From Bacillus massilioanorexius (GTDB lineage: Bacteria; Bacillota; Bacilli; Bacillales; DSM-1321): DNA of 24,000 nt. Numbering within the stretch: position 1 is the first letter of the stretch; every line of letters begins with the position of its first letter. The stretch is from assembly GCF_902374955.1 (NCBI RefSeq), contig NZ_CABKRX010000100.1:50183-74182 (forward strand), written 5' to 3'. Both the position numbers and the translations under genes were made by a program. The notes beneath the pieces are model-generated. The model searched no databases, was not told the origin of the DNA, and saw only the letters and a list, made by a program, of their open reading frames with translations. Below are positions 17,770 to 24,000 of the stretch, in pieces.

Positions 17770-18008
17770 ATTCAATGAAAAAGAGAGTAGTCCATTATGA
17801 AATGGAAAGCGAGTTAGGGGTGGTGAGAGCCTAATGCAGGACAGATGGATGAAACGCACTTTGGAGAAATTTCTTGAACGAACAGTAGAGAACATCGGGG
17901 AGACACCTCGTTAATAATAGAAAGCGGTCACAATATGTGGCAACTAGAGTGGTACCACGGGAAAAAAAGCTCTCGTCTCTGATTTAGAGATGAGAGCTTT
18001 TTTATTTT
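17770..18008 (+). promoter_or_regulatory. T-box riboswitch leader, putative Arg specifier, with terminator
   Basis: Stem I elements are AGAGAGTAG (17782-17790) and the distal GGGGTGGTGAGAGC. The specifier-loop context is GAAACGCA, with CGC at 17855-17857. The T-box sequence is AGAGTGGTACCACGGG (17946-17961). The terminator stem AAAGCTCTCGTCTCT / AGAGATGAGAGCTTT (17966-18000) is followed by a T-run. Confidence 0.85.
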
Positions 18009-18210
18009 GGCTGTTTTCGTGGACATTGTTGACCTATGAACAATTCGTCAATATTGGTTGGGGTGAATTCCGGTCCAGAATGGTGGGCGATGAGTCTCCT
18101 CAGCGAATAAAGGGTGTGGGGTTTCATTTGTCCATCTGCTCCCGCTCCAATGCTTTATTATGCTCTTCTTATTCACTGAACATAAAAAAATAGCCTTTTA
18201 GAAAACAGCC
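18009..18210. mobile_element. MITE-like 202-bp insertion in the argS leader
   Basis: Perfect 10-bp terminal inverted repeats are GGCTGTTTTC (18009-18018) and GAAAACAGCC (18201-18210). They are abutted on both sides by the direct repeat TTTATTTT (18001-18008 and 18211-18218). The interior is visibly more GC-rich than its surroundings. Confidence 0.45.
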
Positions 18211-18293
18211 TTTATTTTCAAGACAATTAGGGGCTAGTTAACTGTATCTGGACAGAATGACAAAGGTCCGATTCTATAATGGAGGAGAAGAAA

Positions 18294-19973
18294 ATGAAAA
18301 TTAATGAACAAATTGCACACTTAATATCGTCAGCTTTAGAAAATCAACTAACAGCCCATGAAGTTGAAATTTTATTAGAAAAGCCTAAAAATCCTGATTT
18401 AGGAGATATTGCTTTTCCATGTTTTACATTAGCGAAAAAAATTCGAAAAGCACCTGTTCAAATTGCTGAAGAGCTAGGAAATCTTCTTAGAAGTGAATGG
18501 ATTGAAGGAGTAAATATTATTGGAGGCTATGTTAATATTTTCTTAAATCAAAACCTTGTGACTCATTCCGTTCTGCAAACGATTATTGAAAAAGACGGGC
18601 AATATGGTAGTAAGAAAAAGAAGCATGAAAATGTTGTGATAGATTATTCATCACCAAATATTGCAAAACCATTTTCGATGGGACACTTGCGCTCAACAGT
18701 GATTGGAAATGCAATCGCTAATATTGCTGAGAAGAATGGCTATCATGCTGTTCGTATAAATCATTTAGGAGATTGGGGAACTCAGTTTGGGAAATTGATA
18801 GTTGCCTATAAATTATGGGGAGATAAACGAGCAATTGAGGCATCACCAATACAAGAATTGCTAAAAATCTATGTGAAATTCCATGAAGAAGCTGAACATA
18901 ATGAATCATTAAATGAACAAGCTCGTTCTGCATTTAAGTTACTAGAAGAAGGAAATAGTGAAGCACTCGAACTTTGGAAGTGGTTTAGAGATGAATCCTT
19001 AATGGAGTTTGAAGCAATTTATCAGCTTTTAGGTATTCATTTTGATTCTTATTCAGGTGAAGCTTATTATAATGACAAAATGGAGCCGGTCGTTCAAGAA
19101 TTACAGGATAAAGGATTATTAGTTGAATCAGATGGGGCATACGTAGTGGAACTTGAAAATATGCCTCCTTGCTTAATTACAAAAAAAGACGGAGCTACGT
19201 TATATGCGACTCGTGATTTAGCAGCAGCTATATATCGTAAAAAGAAATATAACGCGAAGAAAACCTTCTATGTAGTTGGGAATGAGCAAACGTTACATTT
19301 TAAACAATTTTTTCAAGTGCTTGGGAAAATGGGCAATGATTGGTCAAAAGACTTAATGCATGTTCCATTTGGAATGATGTTAAAAGACGGTAAAAAGATG
19401 TCAACACGTAAAGGTAAAGTAGTTTTACTTGCAGATGTTTTAGCTGAGGCAATTGAAACAGCTAGACGAAACATTGATGAAAAGAATCCGACTCTTGAAA
19501 ATAAAAATGAAGTAGCTCAACAGGTTGGCGTTGGTGCAGTTATTTTTAATGATTTAAAGAATGATCGTCTGAACGATATTGAATTTTCGCTAGAGCAAAT
19601 GATGAAGTTTGAAGGAGAGACAGGACCTTATGTACAATATACGTTTGCACGAATAATGTCTTTACTTGAGAAAGGTCAATTTAATGAACAAGAAATTCAA
19701 TTTGGTCATTTAGGTAATGAAGGATGGGCTGTAGTTCAGTTATTAGGCGAGTTTCCAAAGGTTGTACAAAAATCATTTGAACAAGCTGATCCATCACAAA
19801 TTGCGAAGTATAGTTTAACGTTAGCTCGACAGTTTAATAAGTATTATGCTCATACAAAAATATTAGTAGAGGATGGGTCGAAGCAATCAAAGCTAGTCTT
19901 TGCATATTGTGTATCCATGGTATTAAAAGAATCGCTCAGATTATTAGGGATAAAAGTACCGAAAGAAATGTAA
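18294..19973 (+). CDS. argS: Arginine--tRNA ligase
   Basis: Class I motifs are present: SSPNIAKPFSMGHLRS (HIGH-like) and KKMSTRKG (KMSKS-like). The ArgS N-terminal Add-1-like region is also present. The ATG at 18294 follows GGAGGAG by 6 nt, which I prefer over the ATG at 18279. Confidence 0.95.
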   Translation: MKINEQIAHLISSALENQLTAHEVEILLEKPKNPDLGDIAFPCFTLAKKIRKAPVQIAEELGNLLRSEWIEGVNIIGGYVNIFLNQNLVTHSVLQTIIEKDGQYGSKKKKHENVVIDYSSPNIAKPFSMGHLRSTVIGNAIANIAEKNGYHAVRINHLGDWGTQFGKLIVAYKLWGDKRAIEASPIQELLKIYVKFHEEAEHNESLNEQARSAFKLLEEGNSEALELWKWFRDESLMEFEAIYQLLGIHFDSYSGEAYYNDKMEPVVQELQDKGLLVESDGAYVVELENMPPCLITKKDGATLYATRDLAAAIYRKKKYNAKKTFYVVGNEQTLHFKQFFQVLGKMGNDWSKDLMHVPFGMMLKDGKKMSTRKGKVVLLADVLAEAIETARRNIDEKNPTLENKNEVAQQVGVGAVIFNDLKNDRLNDIEFSLEQMMKFEGETGPYVQYTFARIMSLLEKGQFNEQEIQFGHLGNEGWAVVQLLGEFPKVVQKSFEQADPSQIAKYSLTLARQFNKYYAHTKILVEDGSKQSKLVFAYCVSMVLKESLRLLGIKVPKEM

Positions 19974-20046
19974 AAATAGAGCTAAGAGTATATTGCCTAT
20001 ACAATGTATAATACTTGTATGTCATATTTTTCTGGGAGACGTACTA

Positions 20047-20487
20047 ATGAATATCGAAAAAGAAATGTTTGTGAGAGTTACAGATTTTGTGAAAGAAAGA
20101 TTCCCACAAGGTTGGGGTGGAGCTGCTATCATGTATACGGACGATGATGATTTTCTAATTAGTGTAGCATTAGAAAGTCCAAATGGTGGTGCAATTTTAT
20201 GTATGGAGACAGGTGCATTTTGTGAAGCTCAAAAGTATAACAAAGGAATTACTCATTCTCTATGTGTTGCAAGAGATGATGAACATTCACCTTTTAAAGT
20301 ATTAACTCCTTGTGGTATATGTCAAGAACGTTTGATGTATTGGGGAGAAGATATTAAAGCAGCTATTAGTACAGAAGATGGAACCTTGCATTTTAAATCG
20401 TTGAAGGAGCTTCAACCCTATCATTGGTTAACGGCGTATAAGGGTGAAAAATTAGAACACTACGAGAAAAAGACGTCCCAAAAGTGA
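20047..20487 (+). CDS. Cytidine/deoxycytidylate deaminase-like protein (blasticidin-S-deaminase-like fold)
   Basis: It has a zinc-ligand pattern, ...LCMETGAFCEA... plus ...TPCGICQERL. The ATG at 20047 has GGGAG 8 nt upstream. The longer track ORF has no ribosome-binding site. Confidence 0.65.
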   Translation: MNIEKEMFVRVTDFVKERFPQGWGGAAIMYTDDDDFLISVALESPNGGAILCMETGAFCEAQKYNKGITHSLCVARDDEHSPFKVLTPCGICQERLMYWGEDIKAAISTEDGTLHFKSLKELQPYHWLTAYKGEKLEHYEKKTSQK

Positions 20488-20518
20488 GTTTAATCACTTT
20501 TGGGACGTCTTCTTTTCA
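20470..20518. terminator. Terminator with an 18-bp perfect stem overlapping the deaminase stop codon
   Basis: AAGACGTCCCAAAAGTGA (20470-20487) pairs with TCACTTTTGGGACGTCTT (20494-20511), followed by CTTTTC. Confidence 0.75.
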
Positions 20519-20689
20519 TTTTTTTCTGTTTTAACATGTTCGAGGTAAGGAGGATTTATTGAATCTTGTAGGGAAATAGAGATGAGTAAGAGTGAATCTT
20601 CCATAATATGTCCAGAAATCTGTTGTAAAGAACTACCGTATTGTAAAAGAAGAGTTGTCATAAAATAGATTGAAAATGGAGTGGAAACA

Positions 20690-21180
20690 GTGAAACGATT
20701 TTTTGAATATAATTGGCAGATTAGGGATGAATGGTTTAATTGGTGCAAGCAATTAAACCCTGAAGAGTTAATGAGAAAACGACATGGGGGATTGGGAAGT
20801 ATATTATTTACTCTCTTTCATATAGTGGACGTTGAATATAGTTGGATTCGAGGTATTCAATCTAAAGACGATCTAGAAGTTGCTTTTGATGAGTATAATA
20901 CACTTGAAAAAGTGAAGTTGCTTTCAGATACATATCGAATGGAAATTGCGGAATATCTTTTAGCATATACAGAAGCGCATCCAAAGAAGAACTAGTTTCA
21001 GTACTTTGGGATGAAGAAACCTATTCTCGTGATGAAATTTTGCACCACGTCATTGCCCATGAAGTTCATCATATTGGACAATTATCCATTTGGGCGAGAG
21101 AACTACACTTAACACCTATATCCGCTAATTTTATAGGAAGAACATATAAGACAAACGATTTTTATCAATCGCCTTGTTAA
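20690..21180 (+). pseudogene. DinB family protein split by a -1 frameshift
   Basis: Frame 1 reads (M)KRFFEYNWQIRDEWFNWC...FTLFHIVDVEYSW...AYTEAHPKKN* and stops at 20993-20995. The next frame is open from 20908. It continues EELVSVLWDEETYSRDEILHHVIAHEVHHIGQLSIWAREL... to a TAA at 21178-21180. Together these make one normal DinB protein of about 163 aa with the His triad. The shift is probably in the A-run at 20983-20985. Confidence 0.7.
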
Positions 21181-21188
21181 ATTTGCAT

Positions 21189-21232
21189 AGAGGAGCCCAA
21201 AAGGGAGGAACATCACTTTTGAGACAGCCTCT
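21189..21232. terminator. Imperfect hairpin between the convergent DinB and lipoprotein genes
   Basis: AGAGG..CCCAAAAG (21189-21203) pairs imperfectly with CTTTTGAGACAGCCTCT (21216-21232), followed by AACATTTTTT. Confidence 0.4.
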
Positions 21233-21244
21233 AACATTTTTTGA

Positions 21245-21916
21245 TTAATTTGATTTTACTAATTCTTTTTCGGTAACTGTCTTTTCTTCTTCATAACCTT
21301 CATTAAAATTATCATCTGTGTAAATATGTTTTTTATAGGTAAATGTTCCGTTTTTATTATTGGTAATCGACATCATTTCCTCTTTTGGATCATCCAAGTT
21401 CATTGTCAATTGAAGAGTATTCGTTTCCAGATTTAACTCGTATAAATCTCCACCTGTAGTCACCATACCATAAGACATGCCGATAATGACAAATATACGT
21501 TTATTATCGATCCATTCAATATATTTAGGTGTAAATTGAGAATTTGGATTATCCTTTAATTTATATAATTTAGATATATTTGTTTTACTATCGTTTAAGA
21601 CGAGAACAGCTTCTCCTTCTTCAGAGCCTTCGCCTTTTCCCTCTAATGTAGCTTTAAGTGAATTATCTGGTGAAGCTTTCCATTCAGAGTGAAATGTTGG
21701 TTCAAAATCTTTTTTTTCTGTTACTTCGAATGAATATGAAGTAGGGTTTTCATTTTTAGGTTCCTCGCTAGAATTTTCATCATTTGGTTTTGTTTCTGTA
21801 GGCTTTTCTTGTTGTGTTGGTTTAGAATTATTATTTTCATTTTTAGATGTACTATTGCAAGCAGATACAGTTAATAGTGATACGATAATAAATGTTGTTA
21901 ATATAGATCGTTTCAA
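21245..21916 (-). CDS. Hypothetical lipoprotein with a low-complexity N/E/K/P-rich linker
   Basis: MKRSILTTFIIVSLLTVSAC carries the lipobox VSAC. The ribosome-binding site AAGGAGGAAAT lies upstream. Confidence 0.7.
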   Translation of the reverse strand: MKRSILTTFIIVSLLTVSACNSTSKNENNNSKPTQQEKPTETKPNDENSSEEPKNENPTSYSFEVTEKKDFEPTFHSEWKASPDNSLKATLEGKGEGSEEGEAVLVLNDSKTNISKLYKLKDNPNSQFTPKYIEWIDNKRIFVIIGMSYGMVTTGGDLYELNLETNTLQLTMNLDDPKEEMMSITNNKNGTFTYKKHIYTDDNFNEGYEEEKTVTEKELVKSN

Positions 21917-22138
21917 GTAATTTCCTCCTTTATTTGCTATTTTCTATATATAAACAGACTAACATATTTTTTACCAATTTGATGTGATTTTGTCGAAATT
22001 GATAAATGATTCTTCTATGGATAGTTTGAATTTTTTTGTTACAGATTTAAGAGAGTAAATTTTGTATTCATGATACGATTATGATTAATTTCATGTTATT
22101 ATTTGGGAAATAATGAGAGCTTTTTGGGGGAGGAAACT

Positions 22139-22846
22139 ATGAAAATAAAAAAATATGTATCCGTTCCACTATGTATCATGGCGTTGTTATTATTATCCTC
22201 TTGTAGTTTTATGAGTAATAATATAGCTTGTCCACCAGAAGCGCAAATTGATTGGGTCGATACTGTTATGATAAATAACATTGTTTATCAATATCATTTT
22301 CCTGACCCAGATGATAAAAAGCTTCCTATCTTAATTAACAAAGGTAATGAGATTGGTAAAGTTACTTATAGAATGGCTGAACGTGCTTGTAGTAATCATA
22401 AAATGAAAAACGGAGATGCAGCTTTTATTGAAGAAGATTCTCCAATATATGAGCTTAAAGGATATCCAACTAATTTAACCGTAGTTGCAGATAATAAGGT
22501 ATACATAGTTGAAGAAAATAAAAAAGCGAAAACGGTTGAAGAACTATATCCTTTGGAGGGATTAGTAAAAAATATTTATATTGAAAGTACAGAAGATGGT
22601 AGGCGATTATCTGCTTTCTCGCAAACTACCAAGGAGGATTTTTTAGCTTCTTGGTATAAATTAAAGCTTGAGAAGCATGAATCTTTATATAAACAAGGAA
22701 AATTTGAAGGAGAACGAATATTTATAGGGATTGAATTAAAAAATGGCGTTTCTTTTAGAGAAGTTTATTGGTCTGATACAAATGTATTTAGTTCTGGAGC
22801 AGTTGGCAATAAGAAAATAAAACGGTTGTTACAAATGAATGAATAA
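22139..22846 (+). CDS. Hypothetical lipoprotein
   Basis: The ATG at 22139 follows GGGGGAGG. MKIKKYVSVPLCIMALLLLSSC carries the lipobox LSSC. The 12 upstream codons in the track ORF have no ribosome-binding site. Confidence 0.7.
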   Translation: MKIKKYVSVPLCIMALLLLSSCSFMSNNIACPPEAQIDWVDTVMINNIVYQYHFPDPDDKKLPILINKGNEIGKVTYRMAERACSNHKMKNGDAAFIEEDSPIYELKGYPTNLTVVADNKVYIVEENKKAKTVEELYPLEGLVKNIYIESTEDGRRLSAFSQTTKEDFLASWYKLKLEKHESLYKQGKFEGERIFIGIELKNGVSFREVYWSDTNVFSSGAVGNKKIKRLLQMNE

Positions 22847-22867
22847 ACGTGACGAGTACAAACAATA

Positions 22868-22898
22868 TGAAAACCACTAGCTTGGCTAGTGGTTTAAA
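22868..22898. terminator. Bidirectional terminator
   Basis: AAACCACTAGC (22871-22881) pairs with GCTAGTGGTTT (22885-22895), with A/T runs on both sides, between convergent genes. Confidence 0.65.
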
Positions 22899-22922
22899 AG
22901 CTTAATACTTTGAGTGTTTTCT

Positions 22923-23666
22923 TTATTTCTTAAGAGTGATATAACAAATTTCATTAAAGTTAATTCTTTCAAGTTTGCAATCGTTGGAATCAGACTTTAA
23001 TAGAATAGCACCTTCTTCTGATTCGCATAATATACCTTTAATGAGTTCCTCTTCACCATCTTTTTTGACTAATGCTTGGCAACCAATGAAACTTAGTAGT
23101 TGTAAATATAGTAAGATTCCGAAAATTTGATTAGCTATATCGGGTCTTCTTGAAACAAATGGGCCAAAGTTAAGAAGAAGCTCGCGACGAACGCAAGTGT
23201 CAATTTCTATTAATTCACTCAAATGAGCGTGACCTTTCGTTTCCGCATCATGAGTAACAGAACAAATTCGCTCAAATAAGATAAACGTTCTTGAACCAAC
23301 TACATTTAATTGAATGAAGTTTTTTCCTGCGGTTTCTAGCTGCCCTAAAATTTCATGAGTCGTATCATGACAATCAATTTTCACCTTTAATAGTGCATTA
23401 CGTAAAGCTAAAAAACGTAGTTGTAATTTTCTTGTCATGGCTGGGTCTCTTCTAGTTCCAATGGTTAAAAGCATTTCATTCGCTGCTTTAATACATTTTT
23501 TCAATTCAGCTAATTTTTCCGGTGGCAGTGGGCTATTAGGTGATGAAAATAACGGTGTAGAAATTCTTTCAGGACAACGAAATGGTGAACAAAAATGATC
23601 ATCTGAAAGGGAACCTGTGATACACTCAGGACATTGAAAGGTATGATTATTTTGAGGATTATCCAT
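22923..23666 (-). CDS. Hypothetical Cys-rich protein: N-terminal CxxC...C...C motif plus two Sm-like/DUF2642-like repeats
   Basis: I prefer the ATG at 23666, which has AAGGAG 9 nt upstream and overlaps the upstream stop by 8 nt. The N-terminus is QCPECITGSLSDDHFCSPFRCPE. Two similar segments follow: ILGQLETAGKNFIQLNVVGSRTFILFERICSV and IKGILCESEEGAILLKSDSNDCKLERINFNEICYI. I recognise no family with confidence. Confidence 0.55.
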   Translation of the reverse strand: MDNPQNNHTFQCPECITGSLSDDHFCSPFRCPERISTPLFSSPNSPLPPEKLAELKKCIKAANEMLLTIGTRRDPAMTRKLQLRFLALRNALLKVKIDCHDTTHEILGQLETAGKNFIQLNVVGSRTFILFERICSVTHDAETKGHAHLSELIEIDTCVRRELLLNFGPFVSRRPDIANQIFGILLYLQLLSFIGCQALVKKDGEEELIKGILCESEEGAILLKSDSNDCKLERINFNEICYITLKK

Positions 23667-24000
23667 AATACTCATCTCCTTGTCCATCTATACATTTTTT
23701 CAAAGGTGCTAAACATGGATCTAGTCGTTCTAAAACACGCATGATTCCCCATAGTCCAAGTTCAATGTCCCATCGAATATTTCCAGAGCGATACATATAG
23801 TCTCCTGGTATATTGTAAAGTCCTCCTGCACCATAAAACAATTCGAAATCATCATTACTTCCAACTGAATTTTCACCTTTCACTGAAGTTGCAGGGGAGT
23901 TTACGTCATGAATGCTACTTAGCCATTTATGACCATGCAAGACAAAAGTATGTGCTCTCGCACGGTCTGCTGGATATACAAATCGTATGGTTGTTCGATC
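23659..24000 (-). CDS. Cupredoxin / multicopper-oxidase-like protein, C-terminal part only (5' end beyond the window)
   Basis: The frame is open to nt 24000. RAHTFVLHGHKW resembles the HxHGH copper-ligand strand of multicopper oxidases. PGDYMYRSGNIRWDIELGLWGIMRV sits where the HCHxxxHxxxGM motif normally lies, but without the His-Cys-His ligands. Confidence 0.4.
   Translation of the reverse strand, partial: DRTTIRFVYPADRARAHTFVLHGHKWLSSIHDVNSPATSVKGENSVGSNDDFELFYGAGGLYNIPGDYMYRSGNIRWDIELGLWGIMRVLERLDPCLAPLKKCIDGQGDEYYG

Noticed and set aside
17990-18193. A 67-aa plus-strand ORF, and 41-42-codon minus-strand ORFs (for example 18048-18176), between the T-box and argS.
   Set aside because: The plus-strand ORF begins inside the T-box terminator stem. 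None has a convincing ribosome-binding site. The region is better explained as the interior of the MITE-like element.
13874-22281. Track ORFs 13874-14095, 15664-15960, 18718-18933, 20494-20748 and 22099-22281.
   Set aside because: They are antisense to the SMR/TetR, NUDIX and argS genes, or span terminator or promoter DNA. They have no ribosome-binding site and no recognisable motif.
1-24000. A search by eye for CRISPR arrays, tRNA or rRNA genes, intact transposases, or toxin-antitoxin, retron or defence-type gene clusters.
   Set aside because: I saw no regularly spaced repeats, no tRNA-like T-arm or acceptor patterns, and no reverse transcriptase. I also saw no intact nuclease, ATPase or transposase ORF outside the features listed. 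Only remnants are present.

Overview
This is an AT-rich, Bacillus-like (Bacillaceae) chromosomal window. That placement rests on strong GGAGG-type ribosome-binding sites, lipobox lipoproteins, a T-box leader and a SigA-like sigma factor. I found no rRNA, tRNA or CRISPR array.

The window mixes housekeeping and accessory genes:
- a 5'-truncated nitroreductase and a TVP38/DedA-type membrane protein
- three separate TetR-controlled modules: TetR plus an ABC ATPase and two ABC-2 permeases; TetR plus a full-length housekeeping-type sigma factor; TetR plus a paired SMR efflux pump. Each has a visible palindromic operator in its promoter.
- polyphosphate kinase 1, a DUF360/holin-like membrane protein and a PaiB-like protein
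- a NUDIX hydrolase, T-box-controlled argS and a cytidine-deaminase-like protein
- five orphan lipoproteins
- at the 3' edge, a cupredoxin-like partial ORF translationally coupled to a Cys-rich protein of unknown function

I cannot point to a clear, complete, novel multi-gene system. The observations most worth following up are:
1. A SigA/RpoD paralog-like gene sits behind a TetR repressor rather than in a dnaG-sigA context.
2. A 202-bp MITE-like element (10-bp terminal inverted repeats, 8-bp flanking direct repeat) is inserted between the argS T-box terminator and the argS ribosome-binding site.
3. The unannotatable cupredoxin-like/Cys-rich gene pair lies at the window end.
4. Gene decay is unusually dense: a decayed GIY-YIG-like gene in a 980-bp ORF-free gap, a tyrosine-recombinase C-terminal stub, and frameshifted GNAT and DinB genes.
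5. One lipoprotein gene has a signal peptide that only works if translation starts at an ATA codon.

All homology statements come from motif recognition by eye or memory, not from searches.
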